A model generated the notes under the pieces. It was not told the DNA's origin and did not search any database. It worked only from the letters and a program-made list of their open reading frames with translations. 64,000 nt of DNA from an uncultured Chitinophagaceae bacterium (GTDB lineage: Bacteria; Bacteroidota; Bacteroidia; Chitinophagales; CAIOSU01), in NCBI GenBank assembly GCA_964518215.1, contig CAZFFP010000009.1, positions 138 through 64,137 on the forward strand, in the 5' to 3' direction. Below, piece by piece: positions 38,373 through 47,307 of the stretch; the stretch's first letter is position 1; every line of letters begins with the position of its first letter. Position numbers and translations under genes: made by a program.

Positions 38373-40784
38373 ATGAGTCGGATGTCTGTTGCCGTTGAAC
38401 AAAAGGTAAAATGCTATCATTGTGGCGATGCGTGCGAAAGTGTGCCTGTGCTTTTCGATGAGAAAGAATTTTGTTGCGAAGGCTGCAAAACAGTGTATGA
38501 AATTTTGAACCAAAACGAACTATGCGACTACTATAATATTGAAAAGCATCCCGGACTGACGCTCAAAAAGCCCAAATCCAAATCGCACTTCGGTTATTTA
38601 GACGATGAAGAAATAAAAAACAAAATTCTCGATTTTAGAAGCGACACGTTGGAAAAAGTAACTTTCCGCATTCCGCAGATTCATTGCGCCTCTTGTGTGT
38701 GGCTGTTGGAAAATCTTTACAAACTGGCTCCGGGCGTTTCTGTTTCGCAAGTAAATTTTATGCGGAAGGAAGCCTATATCGCTTTTCATCCCCAAACCAT
38801 TTCGCTGCGCGAAGTGGTAGAGGTGATGACATCTATCGGCTATGAACCTGAAATAAACCTGAATGATGTAGAGCATAGCAAGCCGAAAAAAGACCGCATA
38901 CTTATTTACCGATTGGGGGTTGCAGGTTTTGCTTTTGGCAACGTGATGTTGTTGAGTTTTCCCGAATATTTGGGCTTAGACAGTTTGAAGGAAAACGATT
39001 TTTACAAATATTTCGGTTACTGGAATTTGCTGTTGTCGCTGCCCGTGTTTTTCTTCAGCGCATGGGGCTATTTGGATTCGGCATGGAAAAGCATGAAGCA
39101 AAAGCAAATGCACTTAGATATTCCGATTGCATTGGGCATTGTGGCATTGTTTGGCAGAAGTGTTTTTGAAATTGTTTCACAAACAGGGGCGGGCTATACC
39201 GATTCCTTAGCCGGGCTTATTTTTTTCATGCTCACAGGGAAATGGTTTCAGAATCATACCTACGAGCAACTCTCTTTCGAGCGCGATTACAAAAGTTATT
39301 TTCCGGTGGCGGTGTCGAAAATTGAAAATAACGGAGAAGAAAAAAACATTCCCGTTTCGCGTATCGAAGCGGGCGATATTATCAGAATCAGGCATGGAGA
39401 AATAATTCCTGCCGATGGTGTGCTATTGGATGAGCAAGCACATATTGATTATAGTTTTGTAACGGGCGAATCGGTTCCGGTGCGTTGCGCACAAGGAACT
39501 TTGGTGTATGCGGGAGGCAGACAAACAGGCAGTTCGATTACGCTGAAAGTGAATCGGAAAGTTTCTCAATCGTATCTTACCCGTTTGTGGAATCACGAGT
39601 CGTTTCAGAAAAACAATACCAAGCAACTCACTTCTCTTGCCAATCAGGTGAGCCAATGGTTTACACCTTTAATTTTATTTATTGCCTTGGTATCGGGCAT
39701 ATACTGGGGCTTTACCGAAAACTGGAGCAAAGCAGCATTGGTGTTCACTGCCGTGTTGATTGTGGCGTGTCCTTGCGCTTTGGCGCTATCGAGTCCGTTT
39801 ACGTTGGGCAATGCCATGCGCGTGTTGGGCAAGCACAAATTTTATCTCAAAAACACTTTAGCCATAGAATCGCTGGCTGCTGTTGACCATATTGTTTTCG
39901 ATAAAACCGGAACGCTTACGCTGAATGACGAAAGCGAAACGGAATATTCCGGAATAGAACTTTCTGCTTTAGAAAAATTATCCATTTATGAGTTGTGCCG
40001 ACAATCGGGGCATCCGGTGAGCAAACTCATAGCTACGAATCTGAAAAAGCAGTTGTCGGAACAAAATATACTTCAGTTAGAAAATTATTCTGAAAATATC
40101 GGACTGGGTATTGAAGGAGCAGTAAACGGAATGAAAATAAAAATCGGTTCCGCGAAATTTTTCGATTTAAATGAAAATGAATCTTCCCGCACTTATGTAA
40201 GCATTGATGGCGGGGTGAAAGGAAGTTTTCTTTTCAAACCAAAATATCGGGAGCAGCTTTCGGAAGTAATACAAGCCTTGAAAAAAGACTATCAGCTATC
40301 CTTGATTTCGGGCGATAAAGACAGCGACAAAGCCGCGCTCACACAAAAATTCGGCAGCGATACGCCACTGCATTTTAATCAAAGTCCGCACGATAAATTG
40401 GCGTATATCCAAAATCTTCAGCAGCAAAACCACAAAGTATTGATGATGGGCGATGGGCTGAACGATGCCGGAGCCTTGCAAAAGAGCGATGCGGGCATTG
40501 CCGTGAGCGACAATATCAATAATTTTTCTCCCGCCTGCGATGCCATTTTAGATGGCGCACATTTTTCACGGTTCCCCAAAATTTTAGCTTACAGCAAAAC
40601 GGCTGTCAATCTTGTCAAAGCGGCTTTTGTTATTTCGCTGTTGTATAATGTGGTAGGTGTGAGTTTTGCGGTTCAGGGACTACTCTCTCCTTTGGTGGCT
40701 GCCATCATCATGCCTTTAAGTTCTATCAGTGTGGTGGTGTTTGGAACGCTCTCTACTCGTTTTGCAGGCAAAAAACTGAATTAA
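38373..40784 (+). CDS. ccoI: copper-translocating P1B-type ATPase (CcoI/FixI type)
   Basis: 803 aa. Has an N-terminal Cys-rich CYHCGDAC..CCEGC, an HMA-like domain with CASC, a TM CPC motif (VACPCALALSSP), FDKTGTLT and GDGLNDAGAL. Confidence 0.88.
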   Translation: MSRMSVAVEQKVKCYHCGDACESVPVLFDEKEFCCEGCKTVYEILNQNELCDYYNIEKHPGLTLKKPKSKSHFGYLDDEEIKNKILDFRSDTLEKVTFRIPQIHCASCVWLLENLYKLAPGVSVSQVNFMRKEAYIAFHPQTISLREVVEVMTSIGYEPEINLNDVEHSKPKKDRILIYRLGVAGFAFGNVMLLSFPEYLGLDSLKENDFYKYFGYWNLLLSLPVFFFSAWGYLDSAWKSMKQKQMHLDIPIALGIVALFGRSVFEIVSQTGAGYTDSLAGLIFFMLTGKWFQNHTYEQLSFERDYKSYFPVAVSKIENNGEEKNIPVSRIEAGDIIRIRHGEIIPADGVLLDEQAHIDYSFVTGESVPVRCAQGTLVYAGGRQTGSSITLKVNRKVSQSYLTRLWNHESFQKNNTKQLTSLANQVSQWFTPLILFIALVSGIYWGFTENWSKAALVFTAVLIVACPCALALSSPFTLGNAMRVLGKHKFYLKNTLAIESLAAVDHIVFDKTGTLTLNDESETEYSGIELSALEKLSIYELCRQSGHPVSKLIATNLKKQLSEQNILQLENYSENIGLGIEGAVNGMKIKIGSAKFFDLNENESSRTYVSIDGGVKGSFLFKPKYREQLSEVIQALKKDYQLSLISGDKDSDKAALTQKFGSDTPLHFNQSPHDKLAYIQNLQQQNHKVLMMGDGLNDAGALQKSDAGIAVSDNINNFSPACDAILDGAHFSRFPKILAYSKTAVNLVKAAFVISLLYNVVGVSFAVQGLLSPLVAAIIMPLSSISVVVFGTLSTRFAGKKLN

Positions 40785-40823
40785 TAATAATCCGGTAAAC
40801 CCAATTATAGCCCACGGTTGATA

Positions 40824-40873
40824 TAGCCCAATATATAGCCTACGGTTTAAACCGTGGGCTATATATTGGGCTA
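40824..40873. repeat. 50-bp near-perfect palindrome (REP-like) after ccoI
   Basis: TAGCCCAATATATAGCCTACGGTTT / AAACCGTGGGCTATATATTGGGCTA: 25-nt arms, one mismatch, no loop. A further ATAGCCCACGGTT half-site lies at 40808-40820. Confidence 0.8.
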
Positions 40874-41035
40874 TTAGACTATATATTTCAACCTAAATAA
40901 CGACCAACAATGAACCTATATGGAGTAATTTCGGTAAAGAGTATTATTACCTGAAAAAATTAATGAACTATTATTACCAAAAGTTAAAAACAATATTTCA
41001 GCTTCTATGTTTATCATTGCATACCCGACTTAACC

Positions 41036-41872
41036 ATGTTAAAACTATTCGACAAAACTAATTTTGAATGCAGCAGGCTCATCACCAGAGCATACAGCAC
41101 CTCTTTTTCTTTAGGAATCATGACTTTAGATAAAAGCCTTCACGAGCCGATTTATGCCATATATAGCTATGTGCGTTTTGCCGATGAAATTGTAGATACT
41201 TTTCACGATTACGACAAAGCCAAACTTTTGGCAGACTATAAATCAGATACTTACAAAGCATTGTATGAAAGAATAAGTTTTAATCCGGTATTGCATGCTT
41301 TTCAAAAAACTGTTCATGAGTATAAAATTGACATCGGTTTGATTGATGCTTTTCTGCACAGCATGGAAATGGATTTGGAAGATAAGAAGTATGACAATTC
41401 CCTATATAATGAATACATATTTGGCTCAGCCGAAGTAGTGGGGCTGATGTGCCTGAAAGTTTTTTGCAAAGGCGATAATGAATTGCATGATAAACTTCAA
41501 TATTATGCTCGTGCCTTGGGCGCTGCTTTTCAGAAAGTGAATTTTTTACGCGATATGAAAAGCGATTATCAGGAGCGGGGAAGAATTTATTTTCCGGGAA
41601 TTGAATTTGAAACTTTCGATGAGCAGGTGAAAAAACAAGTTGAACAAAACATTCAGCACGATTTTGACGAAGCCTATAAAGGCATCATGTTATTGCCTAA
41701 GTCATCGCGCAAAGGAGTTTATTTGGCATATAAATATTACCTGGCGCTTTTCAACAAAATTAAAAAAGCCAATGTAGCATTGGTGCAGCAAGAACGCATA
41801 AGGGTATCCGACACCAAAAAAATGCACATACTCCTCAATACCTATTTGCAAAGCAGTCTAAATCTGATTTAA
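41036..41872 (+). CDS. crtB: phytoene synthase (squalene/phytoene synthase family)
   Basis: 278 aa. Contains ..YSYVRFADEIVD.. and ..GAAFQKVNFLRDMKSD.., the two Asp-rich-region equivalents of the family. Confidence 0.85.
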   Translation: MLKLFDKTNFECSRLITRAYSTSFSLGIMTLDKSLHEPIYAIYSYVRFADEIVDTFHDYDKAKLLADYKSDTYKALYERISFNPVLHAFQKTVHEYKIDIGLIDAFLHSMEMDLEDKKYDNSLYNEYIFGSAEVVGLMCLKVFCKGDNELHDKLQYYARALGAAFQKVNFLRDMKSDYQERGRIYFPGIEFETFDEQVKKQVEQNIQHDFDEAYKGIMLLPKSSRKGVYLAYKYYLALFNKIKKANVALVQQERIRVSDTKKMHILLNTYLQSSLNLI

Positions 41873-41888
41873 TTTTTTAGTTAACCCG

Positions 41889-42593
41889 ATGATAATAATG
41901 TGTAACAACATGGTGTATTTGTATTTATTGTTGTTCACGGCATTTTTCCCATTGTTTCTTTCTTTTGATAGAAATGTTCGCTTTTACCGAAAATGGAAAT
42001 ACTTTTTTCCGGCAGTGATTATTCCGGCTGCTGCATTTATTTTTTGGGATTATTATTTCACTCAAAAAGGCATATGGGGATTCAATGAAAATTATGTTAT
42101 GGGAGCATATTTATTCGGACTTCCTTTGGAAGAAATAGCCTTTTTTTTGGTGATTCCCTTTGCATGTGTATTTGTGTATGAGTGTTTGAATTTTTATGTG
42201 AAAAAAGATTATCTGCAATCTTTCGCGCCATATATTTCAGCTTTTGTTTCGTTGGCTTTAACGGGTATTGCCATATTCCATTTAGATAAACTTTATACTT
42301 CCACTACTTTTTTATTAACTGCTGCTTTGATTATTATCGTTCAATGGATAATAAAAGCGAAATATATCGGCAGATTTTACTTCTCTTTTCTCCTTATCAT
42401 TTTCCCGTTCTTTCTCATTAATGGCATTTTAACATACCTGCCTGTGGTATGGTATAACGATGCATATAATCTTGGCATTCGCATCATCACCATTCCGGTG
42501 GAAGATGTGTTTTACGGCTTCTCGCTGCTACTTGCCACCGTGATCATTTACGAAAAACTTCAGAAGAAGAAAGAGGTTTGTTGTCAAAATTGA
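41889..42593 (+). CDS. lycopene cyclase domain protein (fused CrtYc/CrtYd type)
   Basis: 234 aa, polytopic, with two copies of the cyclase-domain motif (GLPLEEIAFFLVIPF and ITIPVEDVFYGF). Confidence 0.75.
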   Translation: MIIMCNNMVYLYLLLFTAFFPLFLSFDRNVRFYRKWKYFFPAVIIPAAAFIFWDYYFTQKGIWGFNENYVMGAYLFGLPLEEIAFFLVIPFACVFVYECLNFYVKKDYLQSFAPYISAFVSLALTGIAIFHLDKLYTSTTFLLTAALIIIVQWIIKAKYIGRFYFSFLLIIFPFFLINGILTYLPVVWYNDAYNLGIRIITIPVEDVFYGFSLLLATVIIYEKLQKKKEVCCQN

Positions 42594-42623
42594 ATTTTTC
42601 GTAAATTGAAAAAAAATTACGTT

Positions 42624-44024
42624 ATGAAAGCATTACTCACATTGCTGCTGTCGGGTTTCATAACAATGGTTACAGCCACCCATCTTACCGGAGCATATAT
42701 ATCGGTGCAGCACATAAACGGACTAACTTATGAAGCAAGCGTTCACCTGATAACCACCAATATTTCTATGCCCCCCGATAAGGATACGGTGATGATTTTT
42801 TGGGGCGATGGAAATACGACAACACTTACAAGAATTATAGAAGATTCTACGATTGGTGCCGACAAAAAAATGAATATATACAGTGGCGTTCTTACTTTTC
42901 CTTCGGAAGGATTTTATACATTGAGTTATATCGAACCTAACAGAATGGCAAGTATAATCAACTCAACAAATTCGGTCAACACTACGCTATATGTCGAAAC
43001 AATGATAGCGGCATTTCCCAACTCTCATTGCGAAAACAACTCGCTAATAATAGCGGGGTTCGATGCACACAGTATGGGTGTTGGAAATAGGGTTCAACTT
43101 GCTTACTCTGCCTTCGACCCCGATGGCGACAGTTTGAGTTATGAATTAATAACTCCTCAAATCGCTCAAGGTATTCCTATACCGGGTTATGTTCCTCCCG
43201 GTTCTATAAATCCTTCAAGCCTATTTATTATATATGAAAATGGTGTTGTTGAGTGGAATGCTCCCGGTATGGCAGGGATGTATCTTTTTGCTGTAAAAAT
43301 TTCCGAATGGAAAAACGGTTACAAATACGGGCACACCATAATTGACAATATGATTGGTGTATTCAATTCGGCTTCGTTCGGAAATTTCCTGAATATTGAC
43401 AGTCTCGTAAACAACATAAACGGCACTTATCGCATAGATTTGAATCCGGGCGATACACTTCGATTAGAAGGATTAAGTTTCGGAAGCGCTACGCCTTCTC
43501 CCGATAATTACTCGTTAGAAATCATTTCAGAAATCGGCTCGCTTTCCGATTCCGTTTATGCAACTGCCCATGCAGCATTGACCGACTTATTTTGGGCAAC
43601 TCAGACTTCCGATGCGCGGCAACAACCCTATAGCATTATTCTCAGAGGCAAAGCATCGCTTGGTTCAATACAAAATTTTAACGACCGGGTGTTGCAGGTG
43701 TTTGTGTCGGGAGGCGCTCCGTCAAGTTGCACCGAGTTGCCTGAATTCACTTCGATTGAAAGTAAATGGTCAGATAATTACTTAAAAATTTACCCCAACC
43801 CATTGCCATCAGATTCAAAAATAAATATCGTTTCAGAGCAAATTATTTCCGGATATACGGTATATGATATTTTTGGGAAAATAATCATGCAGCGGCAACA
43901 CATCAATTCTGCGGAATGTATTGTTGAAACCGATGTATTGGCTTCAGGCATGTATTTTCTGCAAGTGAATTATGATGCCCCAAACATTTCTCAAACAATG
44001 AAAATTTTGAAAGGCGCTTTCTGA
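42624..44024 (+). CDS. T9SS C-terminal-domain secreted protein
   Basis: The ATG at 42624 gives a signal peptide, MKALLTLLLSGFITMVTA. The C-terminus, LKIYPNPLPSDSKINIV...GMYFLQV....MKILK, is a Por_Secre_tail domain. Confidence 0.75.
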   Translation: MKALLTLLLSGFITMVTATHLTGAYISVQHINGLTYEASVHLITTNISMPPDKDTVMIFWGDGNTTTLTRIIEDSTIGADKKMNIYSGVLTFPSEGFYTLSYIEPNRMASIINSTNSVNTTLYVETMIAAFPNSHCENNSLIIAGFDAHSMGVGNRVQLAYSAFDPDGDSLSYELITPQIAQGIPIPGYVPPGSINPSSLFIIYENGVVEWNAPGMAGMYLFAVKISEWKNGYKYGHTIIDNMIGVFNSASFGNFLNIDSLVNNINGTYRIDLNPGDTLRLEGLSFGSATPSPDNYSLEIISEIGSLSDSVYATAHAALTDLFWATQTSDARQQPYSIILRGKASLGSIQNFNDRVLQVFVSGGAPSSCTELPEFTSIESKWSDNYLKIYPNPLPSDSKINIVSEQIISGYTVYDIFGKIIMQRQHINSAECIVETDVLASGMYFLQVNYDAPNISQTMKILKGAF

Positions 44025-44086
44025 AAATTTTATTGAAGGTTCTCCATCGTTTGTGGGTAAATATTCATTTATTAAAAGCCAATGCC

Positions 44087-44167
44087 GGATGGTTTGTGCA
44101 TTTGCTTCTTACAGTAATGGTTTATGAGCATTTACAGAATAAAAAAGAGACCTGCTGTGAGCATTGA
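44087..44167 (+). pseudogene. relic of the 3' end of a second lycopene-cyclase-domain gene
   Basis: Reads GWFVHLLLTVMVYEHLQNKKETCCEH-stop. The intact gene at 42516-42593 ends GFSLLLATVIIYEKLQKKKEVCCQN-stop. By hand alignment 14 of the last 25 residues are identical, including the terminal E-x-C-C-x-x-stop. Confidence 0.6.
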
Positions 44168-44194
44168 TTACGAAGATTAATGCTTCAAAATACT

Positions 44195-44626
44195 CTAAGA
44201 TTTTTGCTCCTCTGAAATCAAAAACTGTAAAGCATATTCATATCCTTTTAAACCCATGCCGCAAATAATAGCCTTAGCATGTTGTGCAATCAACGATTTT
44301 TTTCGGTAATCTTCACGGGCGTATGGATTGGAAATATGCACTTCAACAACCGGAACAGTGATGGCTACTACTGCATCGGCAATGGCTACCGAAGTATGCG
44401 TATAGCCAGCGGCATTTAAAATAATACCATCATATGTAAAGCCTGTTTCCTGAATTTTATCAATAATTTCCCCTTCACTGTTGCTCTGAAAATATTCCAG
44501 ATTGATTTCGGCATATTGCAACATGAGTTTTTCAAAAAAATCATCAAAGCTGCGGGTTCCGTATATTTCAGGTTCGCGTTTGCCCAATAGATTCAGGTTG
44601 GGTCCGTTTATAACGATGACTTTCAT
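44195..44626 (-). CDS. aroQ: type II 3-dehydroquinate dehydratase
   Basis: 143 aa. Contains MKVIVINGPNLNLLGKREPEIYG.. and ..HISN....E.YR..S. Confidence 0.92.
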   Translation of the reverse strand: MKVIVINGPNLNLLGKREPEIYGTRSFDDFFEKLMLQYAEINLEYFQSNSEGEIIDKIQETGFTYDGIILNAAGYTHTSVAIADAVVAITVPVVEVHISNPYAREDYRKKSLIAQHAKAIICGMGLKGYEYALQFLISEEQKS

Positions 44627-44694
44627 CTTGAAGTTTTATGTTTGCAAAGAAACGGGAAAAATCACAATCATTTTCTCAGTTACAATAGAAAAGT

Positions 44695-45597
44695 ATGGAT
44701 TGGCAAAGCAGCATTAAGGGTTTTAAAAATTATTTGCGATTGGAAAAATCGCTATCCAAAAATTCGATTGATGCTTATTTGAGCGATATTGATAAACTGC
44801 ATCAATACCTGTTGCTGATGGAAGACAAAACTTCGCCTACAGTAATCTCTTTACCGCAATTAGAGAAGTTCATCACTTACATACACAAACTCGGTTTGAA
44901 CGACCGCTCACAGGCGCGCATCATTTCAGGCATCAGGGCATTTTACAAATATCTGCTCATGGAAGATGTGATTCATAACGACCCAACAGAATTATTGGAA
45001 GGTCCGAAATTGAGCCGCAAACTGCCCGATGTATTGAGTTATGACGAAATAATGGCAATCATCAATGCCTTGGATTTGAGTGTGGCGGAAGGCATGAGAA
45101 ACAAGGCAATGCTTGAAACGCTTTATAGCTGCGGACTGCGAGTTTCGGAGTTGATTAATCTGAAAATTTCCAACCTTTTTCTCGATGTTGAATTTATTAA
45201 AGTAACCGGCAAAGGAGACAAAGAACGATTGATTCCCATTGGCAGAGACGCTATTAAATTCATCAATATTTATCGCCATCAGGTTCGGGTAAATCAAGAA
45301 GTTCAAAAGGGTTTTGAAGATTATTTGTTTCTCAACAGAAGAGGCAAGGGATTGAGCCGCGTGATGGTTTTTATTATCATAAAAGAATGTGCCGCTAAAG
45401 CGGGCATTACAAAAAATATCAGCCCCCACACTTTTCGGCATTCATTTGCCACACACTTGGTAGAAGGGGGCGCAGACCTGCGGGCTGTTCAGGAAATGTT
45501 GGGGCACGAATCTATTACCACTACAGAAATATACACGCATTTAGACCGTGCCTTTTTGAGAGATACTATTTTGAAATATCATCCGAGATTTAAGTGA
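44695..45597 (+). CDS. xerD: site-specific tyrosine recombinase XerD
   Basis: 300 aa. ..ETLYSCGLRVSEL.. and ..HTFRHSFATHLVEGGADLRAVQEMLGHESITTTEIYTH.. supply the R-H-R-Y catalytic set. The divergent aroQ neighbour is the usual housekeeping context. Confidence 0.85.
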   Translation: MDWQSSIKGFKNYLRLEKSLSKNSIDAYLSDIDKLHQYLLLMEDKTSPTVISLPQLEKFITYIHKLGLNDRSQARIISGIRAFYKYLLMEDVIHNDPTELLEGPKLSRKLPDVLSYDEIMAIINALDLSVAEGMRNKAMLETLYSCGLRVSELINLKISNLFLDVEFIKVTGKGDKERLIPIGRDAIKFINIYRHQVRVNQEVQKGFEDYLFLNRRGKGLSRVMVFIIIKECAAKAGITKNISPHTFRHSFATHLVEGGADLRAVQEMLGHESITTTEIYTHLDRAFLRDTILKYHPRFK

Positions 45598-45605
45598 AAA
45601 ACCGG

Positions 45606-46064
45606 CTATTTTTTTCTGATATAATATTCAGTTTCCAAATCCATGTAGCCGTAGTCAATTACAAGGGTGTCTGACCTGAAAAGAATATATGCAGGTCTTT
45701 GACTTTCTCCCATCACCATCAATGGGCGGGTTTCATCGAGAATATAATTGCCTAATTTATAAGGAAGATTTTTTTCGAACTTACCATCTCTGTAAGCATC
45801 GAAAGTTTTATCAGGTTTAAAATCAAATTCTATTGTAAAGCCTGTGGTTTGGGGATTGGTTTCTTTGGGAACTCTGCCACAGCAACTGGTTTTCAGCCAA
45901 ATCCATCTGCCTTCTAATAGTTTATAATAATCTGCGTAAGGTTCTTCTTCTTTTAAGATTTCCTGATTGTTTTTCATGGTTTCAGTATTTAATTGCGCAA
46001 CATCTTTTTTTGTTTTACAGGAAAATAAAATGACACTCAGAAATAAAAACAAAATCACTTTCAT
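45606..46064 (-). CDS. hypothetical lipoprotein
   Basis: The ATG at 46064 gives a lipoprotein signal, MKVILFLFLSVILFSC. No family recognised. Confidence 0.5.
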   Translation of the reverse strand: MKVILFLFLSVILFSCKTKKDVAQLNTETMKNNQEILKEEEPYADYYKLLEGRWIWLKTSCCGRVPKETNPQTTGFTIEFDFKPDKTFDAYRDGKFEKNLPYKLGNYILDETRPLMVMGESQRPAYILFRSDTLVIDYGYMDLETEYYIRKK

Positions 46065-46083
46065 GGGTTTCTCAGATATGGAT

Positions 46084-47157
46084 TTATTGAACAATAAATT
46101 TACGAACGGCATTAATTTTTGCACCTTCTATTTCAAGAAAATAATATCCCGCTTGCAGCATGGATGTATTGATTTCTATTAAAGTTTGATTTCGATATTT
46201 TTCCGAAAAAATTTCTTTTCCTGTAACATCTTTTACTGAAATCACAATGGCATCATTCAAATCGGGCAACTCAATCCAAAGTTTTTCGGTAGTCGGGTTC
46301 GGATAAATTTTTATGGTTTTATCCGAATCTAAAACAGTAACACCGGTAAATCTTCTTTTGTCGTAAAATGCGGCATAAGTAACAAACTCACTATTGAAAA
46401 CTCTGCGGGTATTCACTTGCAACACAGGCACATGTATATCGTTGGTAAGCCACTTGTATTCAATTTCATTGGGGCGGTTGAATCCAAATCCAAATCCGAG
46501 CGTGTCAATACTCAAGCTGTCGCGCATTTGCAGCACGGTTCGAACTCTCAGGGCATTCACAGTATCGCCCGGCAAAATCAGTGTTCCCCAACCATCTACA
46601 TGGTTAATTCTTGTTTGAGAAAAACTATAACCTGCCAGCCCCGGTATGTTGAATGAATAACTTGAAGTGGAAGTATCGCGGTCTTCATATTCGAGCGGAA
46701 ACAAATAAATTTCATCATCGTTCTGAAAACTTATCGGAGTAGGAAAACCATTTATCGTTGCGCCCAACCCCACTTGTTTATAGCTAGCATCACTTCTGAA
46801 AAAATAACTGTAAACATTCTGAGCCACAAAAATTGCCGGAAGGAATAATCCGCCTTCTTGAGCTACATTGGCTCTGTTGGGATTGAATGGGATATCTGAA
46901 AAATATGCTCCATAAATAAAACCTGTTTGAAACACACTCAAAAATCTTTTTTCGTCATCGCCCGATGCTGTCAGTCCCGAAAAATCCCAGATTACATTAG
47001 CGCCATGAAAAGTAAAATCATAATCATCGGCATTATTAGCTGTGCTCAACAAAATTCTGTCCCCTGCACGGGGCATATCATTATTTGTAATAGTAATCTG
47101 GGCGTTCAGGTAATGTAGTTGTATCGTCAACAATGAAACAATAATAAGAATACGCAT
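46084..47157 (-). CDS. T9SS C-terminal-domain secreted protein
   Basis: The ATG at 47157 gives a signal peptide, MRILIIVSLLTIQLHYLNAQ. The C-terminus is IKIYPNPTTEKLWIEL...GYYFLEI...RKFIVQ. Confidence 0.75.
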   Translation of the reverse strand: MRILIIVSLLTIQLHYLNAQITITNNDMPRAGDRILLSTANNADDYDFTFHGANVIWDFSGLTASGDDEKRFLSVFQTGFIYGAYFSDIPFNPNRANVAQEGGLFLPAIFVAQNVYSYFFRSDASYKQVGLGATINGFPTPISFQNDDEIYLFPLEYEDRDTSTSSYSFNIPGLAGYSFSQTRINHVDGWGTLILPGDTVNALRVRTVLQMRDSLSIDTLGFGFGFNRPNEIEYKWLTNDIHVPVLQVNTRRVFNSEFVTYAAFYDKRRFTGVTVLDSDKTIKIYPNPTTEKLWIELPDLNDAIVISVKDVTGKEIFSEKYRNQTLIEINTSMLQAGYYFLEIEGAKINAVRKFIVQ

Positions 47158-47307
47158 AATGTTGGTTTGATGTAAAGTTATGGGTTTCATCTTGAGCCTC
47201 TCATGACTGAATTTTTAAATTAATTGTGACAAAAAAAAATAAAAAAACACAAGCCTGATTTTAAAAGCGAGTATATAAATCTATACTGCTTCTTAAGCAA
47301 GAAATAA

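Noticed and set aside
44695-45597. XerD as a dedicated invertase or recombinase for the MITE-flanked adhesin segment or other repeats.
   Set aside because: It has the canonical XerD sequence and the conserved divergent aroQ-xerD housekeeping context. It is 4 kb from the nearest MITE copy and no recognisable dif-like or inverted-repeat sites are adjacent.
47200-47250. A9/A7 homopolymer runs (GACAAAAAAAAATAAAAAAACAC) between the metG stop and the T9SS gene start at 47157, considered as a phase-variation tract.
   Set aside because: The tract is interrupted and lies in a generally A/T-rich spacer. There is no evidence of length heterogeneity from a single sequence, and promoter elements could not be placed relative to it.
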